Positions 26,741 to 41,124 are shown, numbered from the stretch's first letter. The stretch: DNA of 64,000 nucleotides from Rhizophagus irregularis (GCF_026210795.1 NC_089431.1:5704001-5768000), one strand, 5' to 3'. Notes: a model not told the origin generated them from the letters alone. A program made the numbers and translations.

Positions 26741-28261
26741 AATATGTTTATTTTGTTTAAAAGGTCGCTTACTTTTACTTTTTTTTTCTTTTTTTTTTAT
26801 AAAAAAAAAAAAAAAATTTTTGAATTTTTTTTTTTCTTTTATTTTTTTTTTGAAAACGCAATTGTTTAAAATACAAATTTTTTCCATCAGTATTTATATA
26901 TAAAACCACTATTAATTATTTACACTAGATTTTAATATAAAAACGGGTTTTAGTTAATAAGGTTTTTTGTGTAAAGTGACAATTTGGATAAAACTAGAAA
27001 TGTAGTAGTAAAGATTTCTAAAAAAAAAAATAACCTAACTAATATATACATCACATCATTTCCAATTTAATTATAATATTTCCAATTTAATTAGATTATT
27101 TCCCTTATCACATAATTCAAATCTCTTTATGTCATAAATCATGAATCATATAAATCATAAATCATAAAATCATAATTATTTATTCAAATATATCCAACAT
27201 TTATTGAATAAGGAAGTGATTATTACATATTACATATGAAGATCCAAATATTTAGAATGAAACAAAGAGATAACGCAGATTTGATAAAGAATTCGTTTTC
27301 TTATTATTTTAATTATTTCAATTATTTCCCTCTCTCTCTATCTCTCTCTCTTTTTTTTTTCGGAAATGAATCGGTATTAGGACTGCAAAATGTCCGAAAA
27401 TGATTTACCAATCCCCTATATTTAGGTACGATCGTTAATCTCTCTATAAACAAATTGGGCGTAATTTTCTTTAGAAATTCTATCGAAAGAATATTTTTGT
27501 AGATCATTGTAGATCATAACTATATTTTATCATGTATATCATGTGATTCTACATAAATTCTTACTTTAAATGATATCATGAGAAAATTCCGTCAAAGAAA
27601 AATCGTTTGAGGTGTCAAAATATTTGTTTTTATGAGTTAGTTTTATAAGTAAGTTCATACAACACGAAAACGATAATCATTTTTGATCATTGTAAAATTC
27701 GAGGAAAAAGAAAAGATTTTTTAAAAATTTTCTAAAATTATCTGAAGATCCTCTAAAATGTTTTTTACTAAAAATAAAAATTAACGAAGATATTTATAAT
27801 TTATTTTAATTTAGTTTAGTATATTTCCCTAATTATTGATAATTAACTGTTAATTAAATTATCTTTCTAAATACGTTCATAAATCAAAAACTATTCTTTT
27901 TGGGCATGTAAAATTCCTGAAATTTATTTTACGCCACAAAAAAAAACGAAACAATACCACGTATAATGATTTAATGTTGGATTACTCTTTATAGAAATAA
28001 GTTTATGAAATAATAAATTCTTAATTTGATATAATGAATCTTTTATTTTGGATAATTTTTTAAAAAATGATTACTTTCGGAAAATAATAGATAAAGTGTT
28101 GTAAATGGATGGATTTGGATGTGATCCTCATGTTTTCCGTTTATTTCCTATTGGTGTTTTTTAAAAAAAAAATACTTTTGAGACTCTCCATCAACAATGA
28201 AATTATTATAATTTACTAAAATAGAAAAATATAATAATAAATTTCAATAATTTCGGGCTAT

Positions 28262-28315
28262 TTAGCATAAGTAGCATAAGTAGCATAAGTAGCATATGTA
28301 GCATATGTAGCATAT
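28262..28315 (+). repeat. 9-bp tandem repeat (tagcata[a/t]g) x ~6
   Basis: Directly visible. Confidence 0.85.
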
Positions 28316-30199
28316 TATAATATATATTATATTGTACGTATGTAATTATATTTTTTTACGATATATCGTTTACAATGCACATAATTAATAACAATAATGC
28401 AATGCATTAATTTTATTGTGTAAAATAAAAAATAAACCCCCATCAAATTTTAACCGCAAACTTAACCGCAAACTTACCTGCAAACTTGACTGCAAAACTT
28501 TGACTGCAAAACTCAAACTTAATTTTTTATGTCAAAAATCGTCAAAATAAGCTTATAGCGTCATTTGAAAAAACTCGTGTCACATATTTTAATGTATTAC
28601 TAAATTTTTTTTATGTTTCTTTATTATGATTCGTTTTGTTTTATATTTTTACATTTATAATTTCTTTCTTTTTTTTAAAAAAAAAAATATTATAATATTA
28701 TATAATATTATGAAACTTTTTTGTTCAAAAAACTCTTTTTTAATTCGCAATATCATTTTTGCATGATGCATTGCAATGATCAAAGATTTCATTAATTTAA
28801 TGCATTAAATGATGTAACCATTTTAGTAAAAACGTGAAAAAAAAAAATGTGGCTTTGTTCGGATTTTAATTTATCGAGTGCTTCATATCATGCAGAAAAA
28901 AAAGAATAATTGCATAAAAATTTCTCCTTATCTTTGATTATTTTCGGTGGTGATTTTTGTTTATCAATTTATATTTATCTTCAAGCAAATATAAATATTT
29001 TATTAATATAGATATTTTTATATCGGATAAATTTCTTTATGGAAAAAAGGTTTATTTATTGTTACCTTATATCCTTATATGTAATTATATGTAATTATAT
29101 GTAATTAAAAAGTTCACTTTCTTTAAAAACACTTTGTTATTAAATCAATTAAAAAAATGTGGCTTTAATGAAATTAATTTCATATCTAAAATTATTTGGC
29201 GTTAACAATGGGCTGATATCTATTAACTGTTAAGGTTAACAAAAAAAAAAAATATTTATAAAACATAAGCGCAAAGTTAACATTAATATCTGCTCTCTGC
29301 TATTTTCTATAAACAAACAAATTTACCCAGTAGAAACTATCTTTAAAGTGCTTTTATTAAAAGAATGTTCTAAAATCGTGCAGAAAAATCCTTTAGTTAG
29401 ATGTCGCAATTTTATTTGTACATTTTCTGTATTCTCTTTATCATGTGGGATCTACTTTAAAATATCCTTCGGCCTTCGGTCTTCGGTCTTCGGTCTTCGG
29501 TCTTTGGTCCTCATATGTATGGCAAATAGGATTGAAATCTGCAATTTTTTACATTACCCGTCACATTTTCAATTTCATATGGTTTAACAAAACTTATCAT
29601 ATGGTTTAACGGAAATTAATACTTCTTTTTAATGGTAAATTAGTACAGCCTGTACTGGTTGTTTTAATCTGTCGATGAGATTTTGGTGATAATATTCAAA
29701 ATGAATTTCTAAATTATTAATTGATAGTTTAAACTGTATTTCTGATTCTTTTTGCATTTTTCTTCTTTCAATGATCCACGGGAAATCGTCGTTAATCCTT
29801 AGAAAATAATTTAGGAGTATGATCAAAGAGTATGTGCATACTGCAATCATTCCTTGGTAATCAAAAATAGGTTAAAAGTACATGGTGTTTCACAGAGTTA
29901 TCTAAGTACGAGTCCTTGAAATTTTATTGTCAGTATTGTGAAATAATTTTGATTTGAAGGATTGGAAGGATTGGAAGGATCTTTTTAACTTTAAATTTAT
30001 TACCCTGTATCACAAATCCCTTAATTTGTTACCTGAATTTTTTGAAAAGCTCTTAATTTCTTAATGTTGGTAGTGTTAAAATGCGTGCTAAAAAAATCAC
30101 GTGCTGGCGACCATTATCTGACATTTTATTTAAAGTTGCTTTGATGCAGGTTTGTGTATGGTTCATAAATAATGGTGTGTAAGTTTATTTTACATATAC

Positions 30200-33049
30200 A
30201 TTATATTTTATTTACTGTATATTTATTATTATTTGTATAAAAAATTTAATTAGACTAAATTTACATGTGCATTAAATGACTATTAAATGCCAATTCTCTT
30301 AAAATCAACATAAAATATTACAGTCTGACTTCCAAATTGATTAAGTATATATATAATTTATAGCCTTTTTATATAAATCACTAATTTTTAATTAACCATA
30401 ACTATGAAACTAAAAAAAAATCACCAAATTTAGGTCAAAATTATTCAAAATTAATTAATTTATTAGATTAAAATCATTAATTTAGGCTAAAATTATTAAT
30501 TTAACAGGTTAATTTAAGAAATTTTTAACCAAAATTACAATTTTTAAAAATATAATTTTTTAATGCAATTTTTAATTTTAGTCAAATTTAACTTTTTTAA
30601 TATTAGTTAATATGTTTAAATTATTTAGCTCATAAATTTAAATAAATTTATTAACTGTTAAAATTTGTTAATTATTATACAATATATTTATTACTTAAAA
30701 GTATAATCAACTTAATAATTATATGGAAATTTATTATAAACTGTATTTTTTTTAGATATATTTTATTTATTTTTTTAATATTTAAGAAAATAATACATAT
30801 TACAATTATTAAAGGTAATCAAAATCTTATATTACATTTGTGATTTATAAATATTAATAATTTAATTGGTTATTAAATCTAATAAGAATAATGGACTCTT
30901 TCCACTTATTTTACATCAATAATAAAAATTTTTTTATTTTTTTATTTTTTAAGTTTTTTTCTATATACTTTTAATATTCTTTTATTAGTTTAGTTTATAT
31001 TTTTTTTTACTTTAATATTTATTTCTTTTTTCACTAAAATAGCCATAAAATATCTTTTTATTTACAGATGGCAGATATGAATAACATTATATTCTGTTAA
31101 AATAGCCATTTAAGCTTACCCAACATAAAAAGATATAGAGTCTTAAAATACTTTTAAAACCATTCACAAAGCCAATTTTAATCATAAAATCTAACCATAT
31201 TTCCTACTTTTCAATTCACTTAGAAAACCAATTCTGCTATATAGAAAATTAGGCACACTTTTCTGCTATTATTCTTAGCTTCCTACAGCTATTAGGATAG
31301 CAAAAATGATGTGTAGAATTTATAACCACATAGTATCATTTTGAGGACATATAGCATGTAATAAAAAAAAGCATGTTAGATCTACTCCAAAAGGTAATCT
31401 AATAAAATTTTAAACCCTAATTTAATATTTAATTTTAAATTATAATTCTTACTATTCAATCTATCCAGAAAGCTAATTCCACTAGTTTACAGTCCTATCA
31501 GCAAATAAATTGCATTTTTTAAGTATTTTGTAAGGCTACCAACTAAATACAAGACAATCTATACTTCTGACATATGAGTAAACATAGCTCTACAAATCCA
31601 GACAGCCAATCCAACTAGTTTACAATTCTGTTAGCAAATAGATTGCATTTTGAGTATTTTTTCTATAAGTTGCTAATTAAACAAAATGCAATTCATACTT
31701 CTAATATACGAGTAAACACAACTCTATAAATATGCTTATAGCTAACAAAACCTAAATTATAGAATAGTTAAAAATAGTATACAAAACTAAGTACATATAT
31801 GATTAATAAAACAAGACCTAAAGGTTATAGAATAACCAAAAATAGTATGCAAAACTAGTAGCAGGTGGGTTGTAAAAAATCATGCATTATAATACAAATT
31901 GAAAAAATATTTTATATATACAAAAATAATGATTCAAAATAGAATATTATTAAGAGGATTATTACACTGGCAAATATATATAATATTACAGATAGATGGA
32001 TAAAAGAAGTAATAGACTATCTGAAAATCACATTTGAAGTAGTATTAAATTCAAACTTTAATAAGATGAGTATAATAGTAGTAAGGTTAAAAGAAATTAT
32101 GAATATATATGATACTATCCTTGAAGATAAATTGTACTTAAAAATTCATTCTCATTAATATTAAAATATTTAATACTTTTAACCAAAAATTCAATATTTA
32201 AGATATGCTTAGAAATTATTAATAATTTTCAAGAAGAAAAAAAATTACCAATTGCATTAGTAAACTTATTAACAGTATTAGCAATTCTGCAACTAATAAT
32301 ATTAGGACTAATAAATAGTAATATATAAAGATTATTTTCAGAACTGAAAGAATAATATATGGAGAATTCATAGACTATTATTATAAGTAAGATCATGCAT
32401 AAAATGTATGTAGTGAGGAAATAGTTACTATTGAATAATTTAATAAAAACTACCAGAATATTATATTATAATATATCAAGAGCTAACTAAATAGGTTAAA
32501 ACTAAAATGAATTGGCTATAATACTCTGTAAAAAATATTTAATGCTAACAAGAAATTAGGAATGTGATTACTGAATTTTACAAATAAAAGAATACTAATT
32601 TTCTGTAGAATTATTTTTTATATTTAAAAAAAGAGAATTGCACATCAGATTATTTTAAGTGTTAAAGATATTTTGAATAAAATTATAAATTATAATCACA
32701 AATAATTCAACTTTAAATTTAAACATATTGACCTTACCTAATTTAGACCAAATATGTATCTGAATTTTTGATATGATTTTAAAATGAACATCACCTGTAT
32801 CATACTTAATATATTTAATGGAAATGGGAATTTTTTTTAAATACCATTATAATATAAGTTAATGAAGTAAAATCAATAAACTTATTATCACTAATATTAA
32901 TCACAAATCTATAATTAAGTAGGAGAGGTTTACTTCCTTCTACAAGTTCTACAAAAGAAAATTCAGATAACAAATATTTAGCAAGAAGATATTAACAGAT
33001 TCAAGAAATCCAAATACTTGTATACTATTAGATCTGAAAAAGTATCAAA
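30200..33049. mobile_element. Heavily decayed, CpG-depleted repeat-derived region
   Basis: Very few CpG, stop-riddled protein-like fragments on both strands, and a diverged ~133-bp tandem duplication at ~31470-31600 / 31603-31732. Confidence 0.4.
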
Positions 33050-33214
33050 TAGAGTTCTGAATAGGTTAACCAAATTCAGGTAACCTGACAGGTTGACCTG
33101 AATTTTTCAGGTCAGGTTTAGCAATTGCAATTCAGCATCAGTTCAGGTTGTAACATCAGTATAACCTGAATGACCTGTTGACCTGAAACTATGATTTTAT
33201 ATAATAAGTAAGTT

Positions 33215-33945
33215 ATGGTATTATAATTCACTTTTTATATTGATTTTATATAATAAAAGTGAATTGCGATATTGGGATTCACTTTTTTATATTGATTTTA
33301 TATATAAAAAGTGAATTGCGACGTCAGAATTCACTTTATTATATCAATTTTATATATAAAAAGTGAATTGCGGTATCAGAATTCACTTTTTTATATCGAT
33401 TATATATATAAAAAGTGAATTGCGGTATCAGAATTCACTTTTTTATATCGATTTTATATATAAAAAGTGAATTGCAGTATCAGAATTCACTTTTTATATC
33501 GATTTTATATATATAAAGTGAATTGCGGTATCGGAATTCACTTTTTTATATCAATTTTATATATAAAAAATGAATTACGGTATCGGGATTCACTTTTTTT
33601 ATATCAATTTTATATATAAAAAATGAATTGCGGTATCGGGATTCACTTTTTTATATTGATTTTATATATAAAAAGTGAATTGCAGTATCAAAATTCACTT
33701 TTTATATCGATTTTATATATATAAAGTGAATTGCGGTATCGGAATTCACTTTTTTATATCAATTTTATATATAAAAAATGAATTGCGGTATCGGGATTCA
33801 CTTTTTTATATTGATTATATATATAAAAAGTGAATTGCGGTATCGGGATTCACTTTTTTATATTGATTTTATATTTAAAAAGTTAGTTGCGGTATTGCTA
33901 TTCGTCTTTTTATACGATTTTAATATAAAAAACTGAATCGCAATA
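33215..33945. repeat. ~14 x 52-bp palindromic minisatellite
   Basis: Unit gcggtatc(a/g)gaattcacttttttatat(c/t)gattttatatataaaaagtgaatt, period ~52. Confidence 0.95.
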
Positions 33946-34058
33946 TTTCAAAAAAAATGTTTTGCACCATTTTTTTTTTGATATTTTAATATAAATCCTG
34001 AAAATTTTCAGGTTTCAGTTCAGGTCAGGTCAAACAGATAATCTGATATAACCTGACC

Positions 34059-34488
34059 AGAACCCTGGATAATTATAATTGAGGTCATATCTTACTATGT
34101 TTTAAACTTTATTTTTCTTTTAACATGTAATTTTATTAAGTTAATATTGTTTTTTACCATAGAAAAAAATGTTTCTTTTGAAGAAAAGAATCTTTTGATA
34201 CCAAAAATCTTGTAAATCTACTGATTAGAATTTGAGATAAGTATCATTACACAGGCAAAATTTGGCAAAAAAATATACGCTTTTTCACTATCGGTATACA
34301 TAGAAATATACAAAAAAATAAAAATTACTATTATTAAATATTACTTTTTAAGTAACAAAATTATAGATAATAGGAGGGCAATTATTATTACAAAGTTTTG
34401 TATCTATAGCTTTAAAAGTAAGTTCAGGATGACAAGGGTAAATTTTTAGCATAGAAGATATAACCTTAATTATAATTATCTGGGGTCT
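34059..34488. mobile_element. MITE of the AAGACCCC family nested in the 33050 element
   Basis: TIR agaaccctggataattataattgaggtcatat / atataaccttaattataattatctggggtctt; flanks acctgacc on both sides. Confidence 0.75.
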
Positions 34489-35348
34489 TACCTGACCTGA
34501 CCTGACCTGACCTGATCCGACCCATTCAGAACTCTAGTTAACGTGTCTAGTAATGAATTATGTTCATCTATTCCAAATTCTCTAGATCTAAAAAATGCGT
34601 TAAACAATCCATTATTTCATGCTCAGATAAATTAAAAGACGTCTGGTAAATAGTCTAAGAAGAATATTATGATGACAAGCCAACCGAGCTTGATAAAGTT
34701 TGTCCTAATTATCTTCGCTAAAATGAGCTATATAATTCCACCCTGTATATGTTTTTCTAGAATTCTACCAATCATCATCATCATCACAGGATTCATCATT
34801 CTCGTTATCATCATCATCCGCCCAAAATTTGTTATCATCGCTATCATTCATCATCCGCCCAAAATTCGTCATCATTATCATTTGTCACAAATTCTTCATC
34901 CAAATTATTACCAGCGTTAAGATCAGAATTGGTTAGTAAGTTTTGATCCATAGCTGATGAAGATGTGCAGATATAATAAAATACACTAATAATACTTATT
35001 TTTAATTTAGTATTCTACAGCCTCTTCGATTAGAAGTAGTAATACAGATAAAATAAATCTCAATTACATTATATATTATTGATTAATCATAAAATATTGG
35101 AGCAATGTACAGTATAATTTTGGAAAATTTTCTTGTTAAACAAGCAAATATAATGGGTATATTTCTAGCATGAAAAAAGTGCCAGTGATGAAAGTCATGA
35201 AACTTACTTGACAAAGTGCCAGGTAAGATATTACACAATTAAAGGTAGGTTTACTTGGTTTAAGCTGAATAAGCTGAACATTTGCAAAAAGACTTTGTAA
35301 CTAATACATAGTTTTCCTTTTAAGCTTCTCATTAGTATCACGACTGAT

Positions 35349-35592
35349 TAAGGTTGTTTGTCTAAACCACTTTAAAATCCTACGATTAGTTTCGTCAAAA
35401 TTTTACTATAGATTTATTATAGTTTCGGCAAAGTTTCGGCAGTTTCGGCATTTATAATAAGTTTCAGCAGTTTCGTCTTTCTCCAAAGTTTCGCCAGTTT
35501 TTTAATATAACTTTAATATAGTTTCGGCAGAATTTTGCTTTTTGGCAAAACGCCATCTTGTCTAAACCCCTAGATTTCGGTAAGCAACCTTA
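35349..35592. mobile_element. hAT-like MITE, 244 bp
   Basis: TIR taaggttg(t/c)tt / aagcaacctta; perfect 8-bp TSD cgactgat; internal gtttcggca repeats. Confidence 0.88.
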
Positions 35593-35605
35593 CGACTGAT
35601 AAAAC

Positions 35606-35887
35606 AGGATCCCAGATATCTCTTATAGAACTCACAACTGACTTTTTGCCAAAAAAAGACCTAATTTACTTTTTTTATTTTCTGTTTTTTTGCGATTATC
35701 TCAGTATTCAGTAATCTGATTCATGCAGATTTTTTATTTTGTAAAGCTCAATGAGAGCTACAAAACAAAAAAAAGTTCATACAAATTGGACTACTAGATG
35801 CTAAGATAATCACAAAAAACTGATTTTTTTTTGTGAAATTTGCGAAAAAGTTACCCTCTGAGTTGTATATGTAATGTCCAGGGTTCT
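35606..35887. mobile_element. Diverged MITE with AGGAYCC-type ends, 282 bp
   Basis: aggatcccagatat..tatagaactca / tgagttgtata..atgtccagggttct; TSD gataaaac / gatgaaac (7 of 8). Confidence 0.65.
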
Positions 35888-36284
35888 GATGAAACAGGTC
35901 TCTTTAAAACCAATTTTATCTAATATATTGCAAATAAAAAAAACAAAAAAAAACTTTGTCAATTAAGATTTTCTCGTGGATAATAAACCAATTGGTCTAT
36001 TTGAAATTATATATTTAATGCAGGATAATTTAGGCGATTCATAATCGATAAGTTGGATTGTTAATGAAGATCTAGAGATATTCATGTTTTGCAATAATCT
36101 TGGCAAATCTTTAGTGTATGGGAAAACAAGATAAGTGCATTGCTTGCAAGATTGATATTTCAGTAATTTAGAATTTATTATATTTGCGAAATAAAATAAT
36201 AGAATATGAAAAGTAATATAAGTAGGAATGAATATGGGAAATTACTTCATACTTCACTTTTCATTCTCTCTACAATTCATCACT

Positions 36285-38340
36285 ATGGCCAGTGAACCTT
36301 TGATCAGTACTTCTAAAATTCAAACAGATATTTCTGAGTCTTTCCAATTCGAAGTACTTGCATTAAATTATCTTTGAAATCAAGAGATTTTAACTATTCC
36401 CACTAGAATTCTGAAACTCAATCCTTGCAGTATTTACCAAGAAGTAATTCTAAAATTCTGATTTCAATCGTTTGTTGTGTTGAAATTGCAAACACCTTTT
36501 TCACTGCTAATGTTTTGAGAAGTATATTATGCAAGTAGAAACTGAACCACCTCTTATATGTCCTTCATATAATGTAGTAATCATTAAACTGACTAGAGAA
36601 GAGGTAATACTCACCTCTGGAAAATATCATCTTCAGAAAAATAATGAGGGGCTCATGACTTCACTAGGATTGGTAGAAGGTGGTTTTCGTGTTGGACAAG
36701 GAAGTCAGTTAAAGTAAGTCACTATGCAGGATCAGGTGACAAGTTCAATCATGATTGAGGATAATGAACACGAGCATGGTATATTATTTGACATTGATCC
36801 TTTTGCATTTAATCGCTTTTCTAACTTAGTTCTCTTAAAGTTACTTACTTTTTGGAAAGGAGAAAAAGCAGGGGCATGTGTAATCTTGACTGGTACAGCA
36901 CATGCAAAGTTCAAGAGGAATTACCTGAAAAATGGCATGTAAAAGTATATTGAATATATTGGTCCTCTATTAAAAGATGTTTTTGACAAGTTGCTGGAAT
37001 TTCACAGCTTTCTGAAAAAAGTGAATATTACGCAAAAAGTGAAAAAAATTACCAACTGCATCTCACACGAACTTATATATTTCAATAGGCATATAAAAAG
37101 TGATGACACTTATATTTCTAATAGTAACATTGATGAATCGCTAGAATTCTTTTACAAAAATTGATGTGATGAGTTTCTAAAATTGGCAAGAAGTTATATT
37201 GAAACGCTCAATGCTATTTCTGAAACAAATTACTGCAGAAATCTTTTAAATATATTTTTAAAATCTTCAGTCATTTATAGTAGCGTAAACTTTGATTAGA
37301 AGTTCTTGGATACTGGGCTAGTATATCAGTTTAAATGAGTATAATTATGTGATGTATAAACCATTGTATCCAACTGCTTTAGATGCACTTTTAAATATAT
37401 ATCAGACTTTTCCAATACTTAGAGATATATGTGTCACTTTTCTTAAAAATGGTCAACTCACAGGCAATAACTTTGAGGAAGTATTATTTCAACAGCTGTT
37501 GAATCATCACAATATAATATTTAAGGCAACAGATTTGAATGGAGATTATCGTACAATGAATGTATATATCTAGTTTAAACACTTCACTATTCTTGAAAAA
37601 GATTAGTTTGCTTCTGAACCACAACACAACCAGTCCTTGGTCTGTAGTTTTGCACAATATTTATGGTTTGATTTTATAGTTGAACACACATTCATTCAAG
37701 TTTCTGTCACCCTAAAGCTCTGAACGGTTTGGTTCAGTTCCATTTTTCGGTTCTTTTCTGATTGGTCAGAATCCGTTTTATACAATAACTCGTCATCCAG
37801 TAATCGTAGAAACCCGATCTATAGTTCGTTGGAATCGTCTCATTGAAACGGTTCGAATAGTACCAAAATCATCTTTCTAGCATCGATAGATGGCAAGTTA
37901 ATTTTGCCAATTTTTCAAAAAATAACTCGCCATCTATCGATGCTAGAAGGATGAATTTAGTACCATTCGAACCGTCTCGACAAGACGATTCCAACGAGCT
38001 ATAGATCGGGTTTCTACGATTACTGGATGGCGAGTTATTGCGCAAAACGGATTCTGACCAATCAGAAAAGAACTGAAAAATGGAACTGAACCAAACCGTT
38101 CAGAGCTTTAGTCAGCCCTTTCAACTAGCATAATAGAGATTCTACAGATATCATTAAAGCATTTGAACCCTATGGCAATTATGTGAAAAATCAGATTGAA
38201 ATATATCTGGACGCAATGTTTGGTAGTTAATATATGGCAAAATTTGAAAACAGCCGCTTTGATATTTGTAAAAATAGTGATCCTGTATTAGACTTCCATA
38301 TCGTTTATATTACAGATTCTACTTATCATATCACATTATG
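36285..38340 (+). pseudogene. Crinkler-like (NTPase plus restriction-endonuclease-like) pseudogene
   Basis: EHGILF..ACVILTGTAHAKF..YIGPL..VKKITNC..FLDTGLVY..FEEVLFQQL..FDFIVEHTFIQVSV|SPF..NQIEIYLDAMFG..DFHIVYI, with many stops; the reading resumes after the 37713 MITE. Family name is from motif recall. Confidence 0.65.
37713..38110. mobile_element. Foldback MITE, 398 bp, hAT-like
   Basis: Two ~190-bp inverted arms starting taaagctctgaacggtttggttcagttcc; TSD gtca-ccc / gtcagccc. Confidence 0.92.
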
Positions 38341-38344
38341 AATA

Positions 38345-40341
38345 CTACAGTTCAATGCCATTATTGTAGTAGTAAGGCATGTAAACACTTTTTTGAATTG
38401 ACATGACAATATTTACCGTTAATTTACTAGAAAGAGATGCCATACTTCACTCCACTAAATTATATGCTGATTGTCCTAGTGCATGTGTTCATATTGTAAG
38501 ATAATCCAGATCAAGTTTTTTGAAAATAAGCAAATATTTTAAAATATTTGCAAAAAATCGGGGATTTTTATCAGGTCCACTATCTGTTAATAAACACCAA
38601 ATAGGTTTTATTGAATCTTCATGATGTGTAAACTTATGAAAGGACTCTTCTTCTGTGATTGTCATAAGATCAACCATATGTGTTTCACATGATGTACCCA
38701 AAAAATATCAGAACGGATAAAAATTCTCATTTTACCTGAGCGTAAAGAATCATTTGTATTATCAGAATTAATTATTAGATAAACAGATGGTATTAGCTTA
38801 TACTTTGCACCTTTTGGAAAGTCATAATCAAGTACAGACACAGGCTTATTTACTGTTTGTATAGCTTTAAATGTTTTTCCAACTGCAGCAATTCCTAATG
38901 AAACCTAATATAAACAGTTTAAATATTAATTTAAAATCATAAGATAAATTATAGAATAATTATATTTACTTTAGCCTTATCATCCTGTAAAATTAAAACA
39001 ACATCTTGTGAAAAAGCTAATGCAAATGCTTTTACACCTTTAGTTAATGCTAAGCAATAATGTTCATCAACATGATCATTCATCTCATTTTTTCCAATAA
39101 CTGCCAGGCGGATTTGTGCAGAGTGATGATGCCCTTTAGCTTCTTTTGTGTTTGAATGTTGGAATTGCAAATAATTTTGCATTGTAGATCTTATCATATA
39201 AATCCTGTAATCCTTCTTCATTTTTTCGTGAAGATGTTTAATTGTTCATACTTTAATTACTTCTTTACGTCGTTTATGATCTGCTACTCCAAACTCAACG
39301 CTATTGTGCATGTTCTCCAAAAGATTGGGTTTATTTATTAAAAATGATGAACATCCTGGTGCATCATATATTTCTACAATATTTTCCTCTTCTAACATTT
39401 CCTTTTTCTTCTTTCATGCTCGTTGCTGAGCTGTTGCATTACTTTTTAACTGCTTAAGTTTTTTTTCCTCTAATACTATAGTTTTCTCAAGATCTTTAAT
39501 CTTTGAACGAAGCAAATTGTGAATAAAGTACTAATGACGTTGCTACTTTTGATAGATTAGTATATTCACATAGTCTAGCATTAGCTTCTTGAAGAATAGC
39601 ATTTGATTGATTTTGTGCTGTTACATTTTTTGAAACTTGAATAATAGTAGAAGGTTTGGAAAGAGTATTTGGAAGTGATACTGAAAGTCTAAATACAGAA
39701 TTTCATTGTGAAAAAAAAGTGAAAGGAGGAGGTTGAACAGGAGTCCTCAATAGTTCAGAAATAAAGTTATGAATAGTATTTTTGTATTTTGTTTTTACTT
39801 CTCGCCAACTATTTTGTACTTGCAGTTGTAGCTCCTTTTTGTTTGGTATTAAGTTCTGACTTTTTATCATTTCACTGAATGCAAAAGTATTCACATACTG
39901 CTCATAAAGATTTTAAGGGTTTGGAATAGGGTAATTTTTAGAGTATTTTGACTCCTAAAAATACGTTTATTTCATTATAATATAAAGTACAAAATTAACA
40001 TGACTATATTTTTATGAAAAATATTTAATTTTTAACGTGAAGAAAGTGGCAAAGTAAGGCAACGAAGGTGATGCAATATTTATTTTAAAAACATGTGAAA
40101 TGTTTATTGTTCTAAAATTGTAACATTTGTTCAATGTTATTCAAAAAATGTCACATTAAAATGGCGTAATGAATTTATTAGGATAAACATGGTGTAGTAA
40201 AATTTAAGACTATGGTGCAGTAATTTAACGGTTTATTTAACATAGCCCAGAATTACAAAATTTCCTAATAAGGAATAGTATAACATCATCATAGCCCGAT
40301 ACCTCCCTCCTTAGGAAATGACATCATTTCTGATCCTACCC
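38345..40341 (-). mobile_element. Zator-like (TP36/ISAzo13-related) DNA transposon relic with decayed transposase
   Basis: Motifs LILQDDKAK|VSLG, LLTDSGPDKNPR, LDLDYLTI*THALGQSAYNLVE*SMASLS; 65-nt GT-AG intron at 38969-38905; one terminus gggtaggatcagaaatgatgtc at 40341 flanked by TTA; other end not found. Confidence 0.7.
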
Positions 40342-41124
40342 TAATATGATGAAAGGATAAAAAAAATATAATAAAGGTGAAAAAAAATGTTTTTATTTAT
40401 CGTGGGAATAAAAAGAAAAAAGAGATTACATGTATTATACTATGGGAAAATTTTGTATATAAACTATCAATGATCAATCAGTAAAATAATAAGGCGATAT
40501 TATTAATCATCACTCAATAAAAATTTTATTTAAGAGCAATGCATGATAATCATCGCATGATATATTTAAGAGTATTTGTATATGAAGTGATAAATATGGA
40601 GATCACACTTCGCGATGTATACATTAATTCTAAATATAAATAAGTTAGTATTAAATTTTGGGTCTGATTTTTATTTGTCACATACCTATTTGTCACCAGG
40701 GTGGTCAACCAGACTATCAAACATGGCACACAAAAACATATGAGCTGATTTGTCTTAAAAAGAGTTATTAAATTGATTTGCACAATTTTCATTACTCAAA
40801 ATTGTTTTGTAATACCAAAAAATCATCTGATTGATAATCACTTGACTAAATAATAAGTTGAACAAAAATTTACATTTGCGAAACTTAAATTATTAAATGT
40901 AGAAAAAACCCATTTCTCATATATATGGAATTTTTAACATATATTATTAAAAAGTAAGTATATTTTAATAAAATATAAAGTAAAATAAAAATTTATATAG
41001 TCTTAGTAGCTATAAATGTATAATAAAAATATCATATAAAAGATGGTATCATAATAGATATATTCAAACAATAAAATAATTATTTTATGTTGGAATTTGT
41101 ATTACCATCTTTAGACGCAAATAT

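Larger units (their letters stand above)
33050..34536. mobile_element. hAT-like non-autonomous element carrying a palindromic minisatellite
   Basis: TIR tagagttctgaat(a/g)gg / cccattcagaactcta and subterminal (gacct)n repeats. Flanking 8-mers do not match, so no TSD is supported. Confidence 0.65.

Noticed and set aside
26741..26887. Lys/Phe-rich N-terminal extension of the GPCR ORF
   Set aside because: It is translated poly-A/T leader; the ATG at 26740 is the more plausible start.
33215..33945. CRISPR-like array
   Set aside because: The ~10-nt loops between palindromes are near identical rather than unique spacers, there are no cas genes, and the context is a eukaryotic TE.
34669..34920. 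83-aa Ile/His-rich ORF
   Set aside because: Antisense reading of an (atc)n low-complexity tract; the minus strand is an acidic, stop-broken fragment.
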